A program made the position numbers and the translations under genes. A stretch of 63,976 nt of DNA, filler included, from Reticulomyxa filosa (taxonomy: Eukaryota > Protista > Foraminifera), in assembly GCA_000512085.1 (NCBI GenBank). It is 28 parts of 28 records of this genome, joined end to end, with 100 filler letters (N's around TTAATTAATTAA, not from the genome) between each part and the next. Parts side by side here need not be neighbours in the genome. Positions count along the whole stretch, not along the records: positions 1 to 2,605 come from ASPP01006717.1; positions 2,706 to 4,619 come from ASPP01009318.1; positions 4,720 to 9,602 come from ASPP01007955.1; positions 9,703 to 10,870 come from ASPP01018596.1; positions 10,971 to 11,970 come from ASPP01045782.1; 23 more parts are not named here. One strand, given 5' to 3'. The notes below the pieces were generated by a model. The model made no database searches. It was not told the DNA's origin and worked only from the letters and a program-made list of their open reading frames with translations. Positions 1-11,730 of this stretch are shown here, one piece after another (the stretch's first letter is position 1; every line of letters begins with the position of its first letter).

Positions 1-559
1 CCCACTTGATAGAAGTCTTGTGCTTGTTGACTTTTGTCTTTGTTTTCAAGTTTTTAATCCAAATTTGTTTAATGATTGTCATTAACTGAGTCATTTGTTG
101 ATTCAATGAATTCACGCTGACAGCTTGTAAATGATCTGACGTGGTTTTCGATAGAGGTAGTAATTCACACTAACGTACTTACTATCTCTTTCACACAATT
201 CATCCTATGTCCCAGTGCTAAATCACTGATTAACACTACTTATTTCACGCTTTTGCACTGTTTCAAAGCTAGTATAATATCACGATCCAGCAATAAAATA
301 AATACTTGTGGATTTACCTTCAATGTCTTTCTTAAAAACAATGTCATATTTTAGTCTTTGATTGACGTCTAAGCTTTATATGCTTTAATACTAACTCCAA
401 CATAGATTAATATCAAATACTCATTCACCTTTTGGCTATTGGTATTTGCTTTGCTGTTCGTTTTATCATATTTATTATCGCTTGAATACTTTTTTTCATA
501 TTCTCTGTCGTTATTGTTTGTGTTTTGTCTTTTTAACACAATTTTTGATTTGCTTTCAT

Positions 560-1010
560 CACAATCATTCGACATCATACTTTGTTACTGTCCCTATTCT
601 TTGGTTGTGTTATATACTTATGTAGTTTTGCAAATGTCTATTGTCAGCTTGAAATCTTCATTGTATTGTCTCTTGCTGTTAACATCTTTTTCCTGCATTT
701 GGGTAAATATGTCTTCGATTACTCCTGGCTCAATCTCAATCTTTTTCTTCGTCTTTTCGATTCATTTGCGTCCGCTACTCGCAATTTCAAGAATTACGCA
801 ATGCTGTCCTCCTTGTACAGACTTGCCCAAATATCTTTCAACTCTATGTCACTGTGTGTTGTCAGCCCATGTATTTTGTCCTTCAGATATTTATATTCGG
901 ACATTTCTCCAATTAATTCTTTCTATTTTTCAAAATGCTTCTTCAAATCTTTATTTCCTAATTCTCTAACGAAATGTGCCAGTTGCATTATTTGGACATG
1001 TGGCTATCAA
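560..1010 (-). pseudogene. Decayed gene of unknown family
   Basis: The minus frame reads protein-like (QLAHFVRELGNKDLKKHFEK*KELIGEMSEYKYLKDKIHG...DIWASLYKEDSIA*FLKLR) but has scattered stops. Confidence 0.35.
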
Positions 1011-1512
1011 TATTAATCTGTACAACATGAAAACTATAATAAATATATGGTAATATTATCTTGATTGTAATAATTTTCATTATTTTTATGTGCACAAATG
1101 AGTATTATAAATACATTTTGTCGTTGTCTAATTGTATTTCCATTTCATATTTCACAAGTAATCGTTCGAAGATATTTAATAAATGAACCATTTAAAAAAA
1201 GAACTTGAGATACACTTATTTTTAATTAACTTTTTTCTTTTCAAATTTTTTTCGCTTCTAAAAATAGTTTTATTTCGTTCCAGAAAATATGTTTATTTAT
1301 TTACTTTTTTGTTGCTTTTGCTTTCCAAAGAAGCAATCTAAAATTAATACAGAATTTGCAAATTTTACATTTCCTGTAAAGATAGCAATTTTGATACAAA
1401 CAGCTTAGTGAGCATGTATTAATACGAAAGATTGCTATCTTGAGCAATTTATCCAACAAAAAAACAAATAAATTGTAACTATTTTGCAACGATGCAAATG
1501 AATTTAGAAATT

Positions 1513-1565
1513 TGAAATTCTTATGAATATTTTTCTATGAAATTCTTATGAATATTTTTCTATGA
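1513..1565. repeat. 25-bp tandem duplication
   Basis: TGAAATTCTTATGAATATTTTTCTA x2, plus TGA. Confidence 0.9.
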
Positions 1566-1652
1566 TTACAGTGCAAATAACTTTTATTGAAAATTGTAAA
1601 TAACGATTTATTTTAATCGAAAGATAGTGTTAAAAAAATTTATCCAGTATGA

Positions 1653-2495
1653 TTATTTCAGCCATTTGTCATCATCTAAGAAGTCAGTGACCAAGTGATT
1701 TTGCAAGTGGAAGTCGGATATGACTGTTTTTAGCTCACGTCGTGACCACCACGCGTATTCAGTTTTCGAGTGAATGACAAGTTGTTTTCCTTTCAACGCC
1801 CTTTTAAGTCTTTGAAAGTCATTTCGAAACCACAACTCATCGTTATTTTTGTTTTTCCTTTGTAAATTTAAGTATAGTTCGTCGTACCAAAACATGTATT
1901 CATACAGTTTCACCCTCAAATACTTTGGAGGCTTGGATGAGTTTTGGAGCGGACTGTCACTTCCCATTAATCTCAAAACGGATGCCTCTCCCTTTTTTTT
2001 ATTTTTTTTATTTAATTTAACTTTTTTTTTTTTAAAACATTAAAAAAAATTAAATAAATAACTTTGAGTAATTTATACAAGAGACGCAAGAACCAGGGAT
2101 GCTTTCTGTAATCCCCCAAGGCGACAATCCACATACTCCAGTCCATAAAGAAATCAACCGGGGCACATGTGCAAGGCATAATCCACTGTAATACAGGTTT
2201 AACTTTGAAAGTGTACTCATCCCATTGCGATTCATCCGTGATGACATCGTCATGACACCCTTCAATGATCAATTCTTGTCGCTGTTTTGTCATGCAGCCA
2301 AAGGCAGCATATCCATTGGCGACGTGCCATTGGTTAAACGAATAATCACTGACCCTCTTCGACAAGAGAAGCGATTTCAAAGGTTTCCATGACAAATATA
2401 ACATTCCAAATACCGCAAACAATCGAGCCATATACCAAACTGACAAAGGGGTGGTCAGTGACCTTATTGCTACTTCATTTACTTTGCGTCGTATG
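1653..2495 (-). CDS. Lipase maturation factor (LMF1/2 family), C-terminal exons, 5'-partial
   Basis: Motifs NGYAAFGCMTKQRQELIIEG, WDEYTFKVKP, DWSMWIVAL, PWFLRLLYKLL and PPKYLRVKLYEY match the LMF C-terminal pattern. A GT-AG intron at 1992-2062 joins ORFs 2012..2446 and 1653..1976 in frame (LLK|GEASVLRL). Confidence 0.85.
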
Positions 2496-2605
2496 CTACA
2501 ACCAAAATAATTATATATATATATATATATATGTGTATGTATATATACGTATAAATTTACATTTAAAAAAATTGAAGTGCATCCCTACTCCCTCCAAAAA
2601 TAAAC

Positions 2606-2705
2606 NNNNNNNNNNNNNNNNNNNNNNNNNNNNNNNNNNNNNNNNNNNNTTAATTAATTAANNNNNNNNNNNNNNNNNNNNNNNNNNNNNNNNNNNNNNN
2701 NNNNN
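2606..2705. other. Artificial contig spacer (first of 27 identical spacers)
   Basis: N-run + TTAATTAATTAA (stops in all six frames) + N-run. It recurs at about 4620, 9603, 10871, 11971, 13297, 15185, 16875, 19652, 20815, 22597, 24000, 29557, 30766, 33347, 35127, 36227, 43673, 45117, 47388, 49360, 53295, 57157, 58995, 60096, 61266 and 62871. Confidence 0.99.
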
Positions 2706-2778
2706 AAAAAAAAAAAAATATATATATACATATATGTATATGTATGTATATGTACATGCATGTGTGTATATATGTAAC

Positions 2779-4555
2779 TTTGATTCGGAGCGAACCTTCC
2801 AGCCCACGCCTCATACAAGGTGCTAGAAGAATCGGAGCGAATCGGTAGGACATGCCATGAGACCGGGAGTTCATTTGGCAGAGACATTTGCAGCCATCGT
2901 ATTTGGGCTTGCGCAGTCCAGATTTGGAAGGTGTCGAGAACACGCTTTGTGCAAATGGGAGGAGAGGAAAGACGGGCCAGGGATTGCAGAAAAGTGGTGA
3001 TCAAGTCACCAAACAGATGAAGATAAGGCAAATGCAAAAAGGAAGAGGAGTTACATAAGGACGTTTCAAAGTCGAAACGCAGGTGCGAACGAGTGATTGT
3101 TGGCCAAGAGATATTGAAAGAGTGAACACGCTTCCAAAAGGAATCCAAACGAAGATTGCCAAGGAAAACGTGTCGAGGAGATAAGGAGGATGTCACATGG
3201 CTGTGATTGAGGAACGATACCTGTGAATAATTGCAAGGATTGAATATTGGCTCAATCACTGTCCAAAGGGTTGGAGAATTCCACACTTCAAATTGTTCGA
3301 GTGGAATCATATTGATAATACTTTGCAATAAGCCAATCATTGACTGTTTGTTTTATTTGAATTTATTTATTTATTTATTTATTTATAGTGTTTTGTTTTT
3401 TTTTAAACAAATACATTCACTTACTTTATTTATAAATAAAAAAAAAAAAAAAAAAGACACAACTTGCATTGGGAACAAATCCATTTGACTTGGCAGCAAA
3501 CACCAATTGGTATTGGACAAGAAGAGACGTGACACGGTTTGCAAAATGTGTGTAAAATCAGTGGCGTGCAGACAAGTCGATGCGTTTGTGTGAGCCAGCC
3601 ATAGCAACATATTTTGCGCATTTGCGGCGGTGAGTTCTTTGGCCAAAATGTATTGAATGAATGTAACGACTTGCTTGCAATTGGTCCATTGCAGACTTGC
3701 CACGGGAGGAGCATTCACATCTCGACGATGATCCACGTCAAAGTGCATGCCCCCAAAAGGGTCGAATGTTACTGCAATGATCGCCGTGCAATCTGGAGGC
3801 AACAGCACTTCTCGCAGTTGTGATGTCAATGACATTTTATCACTTAACGGCCATAAGCTCTTTGTTCCATTGTCTTCATCATGGTAGCACCAGTACTGGA
3901 AATACGCCATGGTATCCAAGACATTGACATTGACATTGGCACTGGCATTGTCTACAGTCATCCAAATGTCATACCAAGTAATGGACACGTCATATCCATT
4001 CAAAGATACTTGCACTCGACTCATATTGTATTCCACCTTTGTACTCGCACTTGTCCAGTTGTATGTCGCATTCCATTCAAGTTCATCGCAGGCTTGTCCA
4101 ATCAATGTCTTTGCATACAATTCAGAGATGTCCTCAATCCAATACACACGATGGCATATTCTGTATTGAAATGTCGACGACGGCAATTGGTCCATGGCCA
4201 CGACCAAGGATTCCTCTATGGCTGTCCACGAGGTGTACACGATCTCCTTTGTTTCATTATTGTCCATCGCTGCAATGTCCCACGCAAACTGGACGCGTTC
4301 AGTACCCCACAACAAACGGGGATCGAGCGCCTGTGCACCTAGCCAGCGGTAGCTCGGCAGCACGCGCAGATATAGATCACTGTCATGATGCCTCGTGCTT
4401 GTATACAGCGCGACGTCGACAGACAAATTGAGTGGCGACGCTGTCAACATCGTCAGCGCGATTGCGTCATTGCTTATGTTCGACCATCGTTGCAACTCCA
4501 CCATGTCCGTCGCTTTCAATTGTGATAACTCACTTTCCAATGTACTTACCAACAC
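2779..4555 (-). CDS. Large hypothetical protein fragment, possibly REJ/polycystin-like ectodomain
   Basis: Two long ORFs joined in frame by intron 3344-3463 (PMQ|SMIG). VLLPPDCTAIIAVTFDPFGG followed by a helical region loosely resembles the end of a REJ module. Coding is well supported; the family call is weak. Confidence 0.55.
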
Positions 4556-4743
4556 AATTACACTTTTTATTATTATTATTATTATTATTATTTTATTTTG
4601 TTGTTGTTGTTTGTTTTTCNNNNNNNNNNNNNNNNNNNNNNNNNNNNNNNNNNNNNNNNNNNNTTAATTAATTAANNNNNNNNNNNNNNNNNNNNNNNNN
4701 NNNNNNNNNNNNNNNNNNNAACAATAACAATAACAATAACAAC

Positions 4744-5886
4744 ATGAATAATAAATATCGAGCAAGAACAAACTCTTCTTTCTCCTCCACCTCCTCGAGA
4801 AACATCTCCTCACCAGGCAACACAGACGCATTTTTCGCGAACGTGTCGAACGTCGCATATGGTCTTGGGATGAGTGTAGCGACGGCAGTTGCGACAGGTC
4901 AATCCTCTAATATTCCGACAGAGTTGTTGTCGCAAACCTATCAGCAATACACGTCGTCATTTTTATCGTATAATTACTATCGCTATTATTTCAAAGTTGA
5001 CAACACCTATGTCTTACACAAAATAACGAAAATAATGTTTCCATTTTTGAAACTGAAACCAGAAGACTGGCATCGCAAAATGGCGTATCCGGCTTCGTCC
5101 GCTTCTCCTCTTCCTACCGAACGTGAACAAGACAATAGCGATGTTATCACTAGTCTTTCTCCCGAACAAGCGTCCAAAATTCGACGTGATAGAAACTTGC
5201 GTAGCCAATCCAAGTGGTTCAATAACTCACCTTTTGAACCTCCTGTGAATGATATCAATGCTCCTGATATGTACATCCCACTCATGGCCATTATCACTTA
5301 CATCGTCATTATGGGGTTTGCCGTGGGCATTCAACAACATTCCAAATTTACACCACAAGTGTTAGTTGCTACTGCCTCGTCTGCATTTGGCATGCTCATT
5401 TTTGAAGTTGATTTTTTTTTTTTTTGAGCTTTGCTTGCACCCTTTGAACTTTGCATATTTGTTGCGCACACGTAACGATTTTGTAAATAACACGCAAAAA
5501 AAAAAAAGGTACTGATTATGAAAAGTGGATTTTGGTTCATTGGAAATGTTGCCGTTCCGCCCTTTTGGTTAGATTTGATTTGCTACGCAGGATATAAACT
5601 CATCTTTGTTGTCCTGAATTTGGGCATCTTTACATTGTTCCCTTCTCTTACTGTCTATTACATTGTCAGCATTGTCACTGGCTGTTTGGCGGGATTGTTT
5701 ATGATACAAACATTACGGCCCTATTTCAAAACTATTCATTCCAGCGCTCAAGCTGATCAAGACCTTTTTTTTCAAGGAAATAATATTGGCGAACACAACA
5801 GCAACAAAACAAAACAAATCTTTTTGGGTTTAGTTGGTTTGGCACAACTTATATTCATTCAATTGATGGGACGATACATGTCATAA
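4744..5886 (+). CDS. YIF1: YIF1/Hrf1 family ER-Golgi membrane protein
   Basis: RYYFKVDNTYVLHKITKIMFPF, DINAPDMYIPLMAIITY and DLICYAGYK motifs plus several TM helices. Intron 5407-5508 joins FE|VLIMKSG in frame. The start may lie upstream of the contig edge. Confidence 0.93.
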
Positions 5887-5902
5887 AGATTTGCGTGTAT
5901 TT

Positions 5903-7447
5903 CTACAATTTTTGCTGTTGTTGTCGTGCAACTTGCCCCTTTTTTTTTAATGTCAGGGCCCATTTTAAAAATCTTAGCTGTTCTTCGACTTTTATTGCAC
6001 TGACTTTTGCTATACGGTCAACTGCGAGTTTGAAACGGCAGATAAGAAAGAACAATCTAGGAGACCAACTAATTAAATTGAAAAGGTTTTGCATCTTTCA
6101 CCAACAGTATGAAGAAATTTCACGGTTCTTATTCAAAACAACATTTAAGACTCGACAAATATTTTCTTAGGCTATGCAAAATTGATTTAATGTGTCAAAA
6201 CAATGACATTGCAAACAAATTGCTTTCAAATCTCTTCATCCTTGTGCCGGACCAACGCTACATAAAAGCATTTTTTTCCAATAGCATTTTGATAAGTCAC
6301 TTTGAGAATCATTTGTAGCTTCATCTCTGTCTTTGATTTTTTCTTTGTTGTCATTGTCATACCACCAGCCTTGCGTTGTTTTTAAAAGCGACAAATGGTC
6401 TTTGGCTATCTCTTTGCTATCACATGTGGACGGAAACAATATCTTTATCGTCATCAAATAGTTAATAGCCGATCAGTGTTCATAATTTTCATAAACTTCA
6501 TTCAATTTATAAGCATTGCTGGAAGAACGAGATTCTAGCCTATAAAAGAAAATTTTTTTTTGGAACGTATACATAAAAATGTTTTCGTTTGCACACGTTC
6601 AAAAAAAAAAGATAGAAAAGAAAAAAAGTGATACAAACTTCTTTGCCATCAGGACTGTAATTCCTTGACAGTATAAGACCATCTTTCAAATTAGTGGAAA
6701 TTTATTGCAGTCCAAAATCTTTGCCGATGCGCTGTCAGGAGCAACGATTTGATTATGCAAAGCAATTCCTTTTTCACCGATGTGGATTGAATATTGGCAT
6801 AAACAACTAGCAGGTTCCTCGAAATGCTACATACATATCCTTGCTGTCACTTGTTTGCAATAAAGCAATTTACTCTTCAGCTCTCCTGCGCTGACATGTC
6901 TTCTATGGTAAATACATGGTGCATTGTCAAATATCATAATTCCTAACTAGTTTTTGTCAATACCAAACTGCTCGCATAACCTCCAGACCACTTGTTAACT
7001 TGTTTCATCTTCGCTGGAAAACATAATTCAGCGGTTTGTTGAGCCGCATACCAATGCCACCACGAGAAATATACTTGAGCGACAACGTTTCTATATCTTT
7101 TTTTTTCTACATCTTATTTGCCATAAGTATGTATTCCAACAATTCTTGCGCTCCATTTATGCCAAGTTGCGACTGCGTGCGCAGTTCGTATGCACGGTCA
7201 AAACTTTTGTGTACTTCATTCTTCAATTTTTCGTGACTTACGTACTATTGTTTCTTTATTTCCACGCTTCTCAAACTTGTCCTAAGTTCACCACGACCGG
7301 ACACTTGTCAAAAAAATAACTTTCAAAAATTCCTTCATACTCGCAATCATCAACTACAATCTCATCCATATCCTTTGCCCCACGTGAGGAAATCTCAGAA
7401 TTTCCAGAACACTTCATTTCTAACATTACTCGAAGGGGGCTTCCCCT
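5903..7447 (-). pseudogene. Long decayed gene of unknown family (copy 1)
   Basis: Protein-like minus-strand text (GSPLRVMLEMKCSGNSE...YEGIFESYF; HEKLKNEVHKSFDRAYELRTQSQLGINGAQELLEY; GIMIFDNAPCIYH) broken by several stops and frameshifts. Confidence 0.6.
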
Positions 7448-9180
7448 ATATCAAACAAAATAAGGTGAACGAAAACATCGATTTTCGCTTTAATTAAATC
7501 AAAAAATGTTCATTTGTTAGTTACAAAAAAAATGTAAAAGTGATCAATTTCACTTTCAATTGTATTTATTTACTATTTTTTATTGTTTTTTCTTTTTTTC
7601 ATTTTTTTCAAAAGTGTTTCCAAAGGGATTTTAAAAAAAAACTAGATATTTGAAGTAACTTAATGTCATTGTAGAAAAAAATTAAATTGTGTTTCTTGAT
7701 TAATTTAACAGCAAATCAAAAATAAGAAAAGGATCGATTATTGTTTTTGAGCAATCCAAACGTGCATTGAATCAAATATCTAATTGCATAATCCCTTGGA
7801 CAAGGAAACGTCTTTTTCATTAATAACTATCAAAAATGGAAAAATTGTTGATTTTTCATATGGAAACTATTTTTTAAAACATTATTTGCAAATGTTCAAG
7901 TGTTCCATTTGCTTCAATATTTGTGATAATATATTTAAATAATAATACGATAAATAACAAAACAATAAAATACAACGTATTATAAAAAGAAATACAGAAT
8001 GCGTGTCATTTCTGATTGAAAGTAACGACGGTGGAGGGACATGTTCGACCCTATTGTAGAGCTAATAGAGAAGTACAACAAGTACTCTTGCCAAAAGTCT
8101 TGTTTTGTCGTTGTCTTTGTGAAGCAATCTATATATGCGATCTGCGAGCGTCAAAGTATGAACTGTACAAGTACAACTTGTGGTATATTGGTGATCAGAT
8201 TGTGGTTATCGTCGTCAATAGTTTCAATGTTTTCAAATTAATTGCTTCAATTTGTACTTGTTTTCTGGAATATATCATGGGTAATAAATTATTTTTAAAA
8301 TTTTTCAATGTTGTTGTATTCATTATGCATTATCCAAGTATTAAAAGATTAAGAAATGAAACATGTTCAAATTTGGAATCACTGATCTCACATATACCTC
8401 TATCTTCATCTTATCCTCTAAAAAATAATAAGATAATAAATAAATTTCATTAGAATTGGTTTATGAATGAATCAATTGTATGACACAATGCTCATTGAAT
8501 GTAACATCATTAAGATAAGAGCATATATATTTGCATTATTTTTCAAGATGTGGTAACAAAAATTTCAAAACCACAGATTTGTCCATAAGAAAACAGAAAA
8601 ATTTAGAAGAAATCGATTTGACAATGTTTTTAATTGCATAATAATTGTTAATTGTTAATTATAATACTTTTCTTATGTCAAAGGGCTTGATTAAATGTAG
8701 ATGTTAACATTCACAATGAACTTGATCCCAAAAAATTTGTTATTCTTAATTTACTTGCATTGTAGAAGCAACTCAACTTTGATTACATAACATAAAAAAG
8801 TTTTATAGTTTAAATATTATTTATCACAACAAAATAAACAACATATTATCAAAGACACAAAAAGTAAATTATTGTAGAAAGTGTGAAGAGACAGCACTAA
8901 ATGTAAAACGAAAAGTAGTTACTGCTTAAATGTCAGAAAAGAAAACAAAAAGTATTGAAATAACCAAGAAATGACTAACACACAGATAAGGCCAAGAAAA
9001 ACAAAAAGTTAGAAAAAATTAATGTTGTTTGTTGAAAAAAAGGGTTCACTCGTTACTAATGAAACTTCTTCTGTAATTAGTATACAGTATTATCCAAATC
9101 ACATATTTATAAAGAAAAATTAACAAAACAACATAAATATTATTATCTCCATATAAAATAAGCATTCCAGACCACAATAT

Positions 9181-9602
9181 TGACATGTCTTCTATGATAA
9201 ATTACGCTGCACATTCATTTTTTTCACTATATCTTATTTGGAGTACGTACTTTTTTAAACAATTCTTGCGGTCCATTTATGCCGAGTTGCGACGCGAAAG
9301 TAGTTCGTATGCAATGCCAAAAACTGATGCACGATTTCTTTTCAATTTTTCGTGCTTTGCAACATTCTTTTTTTACTTACAATATATCACTAACTTGTCC
9401 CAAGTTCACCACAGACTAGTACTTGCTGAGATAGTAATTTTCAAAAATTCCTTCATAATCGCAATCATCAACTACAAACTCATTCATATCCTTTGGCCTG
9501 TGTGAAAAAGTCTCAGAATTTCCAGATTACCTCATTTCTAACATTACCCGAAGGGGGTTACCCCTAGATCAAACAAAATAAGGTGAACGAAAACATCGAT
9601 TT
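9181..9602 (-). pseudogene. Diverged direct duplicate of 6893-7484 (copy 2, with internal deletion)
   Basis: Shared blocks such as TTTCAAAAATTCCTTCATA, CATTTCTAACATTAC and TCAAACAAAATAAGGTGAACGAAAACATCGATTT. TGACATGTCTTCTATG occurs at both 6893 and 9181. Confidence 0.85.
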
Positions 9603-9902
9603 NNNNNNNNNNNNNNNNNNNNNNNNNNNNNNNNNNNNNNNNNNNNTTAATTAATTAANNNNNNNNNNNNNNNNNNNNNNNNNNNNNNNNNNNNNNNNNN
9701 NNGTGTGTGTGTGTGTGTGTGTTGTGAACGTCATAAATAGATTTGTGGGATCCATTGGTGGAGTTATGCAATGTTAAACAATGACAACATTTTTTTAAAA
9801 AAAAATTTTATTTTAAGAAAACGCTTGATAATCTTCGGACTGTGCATACACATATATATACATATACATATATATGTATACATATACAACTTATATATAA
9901 AG

Positions 9903-10765
9903 TTTGCGCTGTCGTTGAAAACAACTGATGCCTCACAAGTATTGAAGTTTATGATTGAAAACGAGTTGTTTATTTTCACATTGGAAAGAGAAATCCCTTA
10001 TTCCAGCTTTAAGGCCGACCCTTATCCAAAAGAGTTTTGGTGTTGTTATTGGCTTTGTGGGATTGCTTGTTGTTTTTTTTTTTTTTTTTGGTCTTTTTTT
10101 TTACTTTGCGATAATACGTGGACATATTTTTATTTTTATTTTTATTTGCAACGTCATCTCCGTGTTTGACATGCATCGCTAAGAGGGATGGGTTCAAACA
10201 AAACATGGTAACTTGAAAAAAAAAAAGGGGGGCACTGTCATGCCATGGCACTCGAAGCCGAATGTACCTGACTCCGAACAATTGGATGGCGGATTTGGAC
10301 ATTGCTCTGCTGAAACAACAAATGACGGAATATCGGAACAGTTTGAAGAAGTGCGAAGAGCTGCACTCTTTGGACGGCCTCGCGCCACTTGTCATGAACC
10401 AACCACACCAAACGTCTGAGAATCGCGAAAAAAGCGTTGGGGACAATACGCTCTTACAAACGATAGTCAAAAATCAAACAGAAAAGATGCCAACAAGCAG
10501 TAGTGATAGCGGACTTTTCAAAGAACACGAGCAGAAACGAGAAGAAAAACGAGGTGAAGATGCGAATGCTGACAATGCAAATGATAATGATGATGACGAC
10601 GATAATAATAACAACAACAACAATAACAACAATGATGATGAAGACGAACAAATGGGCAACCTAGCGACAGCAGTGGAAGAAGAAGACGAATTTATTAAGC
10701 GCATTCGAGAGATAAGAAATGATTATATCAATGAATGGAAAATGATGGATTTTAAAAGAACGCAA
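9903..10765 (+). CDS. Hypothetical multi-exon protein fragment with acidic/poly-Asn linker
   Basis: ORF 10262..10792 has coiled-coil-like and D/N-rich segments, with upstream exon-like text FALSLKTTDASQVLKF. Exon boundaries are uncertain. Confidence 0.5.
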
Positions 10766-10985
10766 GTTTTGATCTTTTTTTTTTTTTTTTAAAAAAAAAT
10801 GTTGATTATATACATATACACATATATGTATATGTATACATTGTGAATCTTTCTTTTTTTTTTTTTTTTTNNNNNNNNNNNNNNNNNNNNNNNNNNNNNN
10901 NNNNNNNNNNNNNNTTAATTAATTAANNNNNNNNNNNNNNNNNNNNNNNNNNNNNNNNNNNNNNNNNNNNTGTGTCTTTGAACAG

Positions 10986-11730
10986 GACATATACTCGTTC
11001 AGTTGTTTCATATTTTTGACATTGGTGACAGTGTGGTCCTGCATTGTAGGAGGCTCAAATGAACTGGACGACGACAGCAGCAATTGGAAAGCACTCGTGG
11101 GGTTCAGCACCGCATTTGTCCTTTTCCACTGCTCTTGCCTTGTCATCGCCTATTGGAAAAGACAAGAAGAATTATTGAAACTGGAAAAGACCACCGAGCA
11201 ATTGGAAGACGACATTGCCAAATACGTTAGTTGTGCTTCTTTTCAAACTAGTTGTATATACATGCGCATATACATACATATATGTATATGCATATATATA
11301 TATGATCAAAACATTGTTGATAGTCATTATATATATATATATATGTATATATGTATATGTACATATATATATGCCGTTGCTGTAATGTGTTTTGTAGGTT
11401 TGCATTTGGTGTTTGCGATCACAACAAAAAACGCTCATATCATCCAGTTGGAGTCGAAGCAAATTTGCTCGTGATGCGACTGGCCAACAACAGAACAAAC
11501 CCGATCTTGTCATGAGGTCGGAAATGAAAAACCCCAATTGGCAGGTTGTCCACTCGAGAAACAAAAGTAATACCGCCACGAATGCTGCCAACGGTACCAA
11601 CTTTGACAACAATGACAATGATCCGAATCGTGACAACAACGACAATGACCCGAATCGTGACGACAACGACAATGATCCGAATCGTGACGACAACAACAAC
11701 AACACAAAGGTTTTGGAGGTTGCCATTTAA
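10986..11730 (+). CDS. Membrane protein C-terminus (two TM helices plus tail), possibly pentameric ligand-gated channel M3-M4
   Basis: Exon begins CAG|DIYSFSCFIFLTLVTVWSCIV, followed by a second helix KALVGFSTAFVLFHCSCLVIAYW, a TA-microsatellite intron (about 11227-11398) and a hydrophilic last exon. Confidence 0.5.
11605..11694 (+). repeat. 27-bp coding tandem repeat x3.3 (DNNDNDPNR)
   Basis: GACAACAATGACAATGATCCGAATCGT and two variants. Confidence 0.9.

Noticed and set aside
6905-6945. DNAP motif as a Tc1/mariner DDE transposase
   Set aside because: No other catalytic motifs or terminal inverted repeats were seen.
6680-7260. Stop-codon reassignment suggested by several in-frame TAG codons
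   Set aside because: TAA, TGA and frameshifts occur in the same region, and conserved genes here have long stop-free frames. This is pseudogene decay.
7100-9602. DGR-like template/variable repeat pair
   Set aside because: Differences involve all four bases and indels, and the only RT is LINE-type on another contig.
11605-11694. CRISPR-like array
   Set aside because: These are contiguous 27-bp in-frame coding repeats with no spacers.
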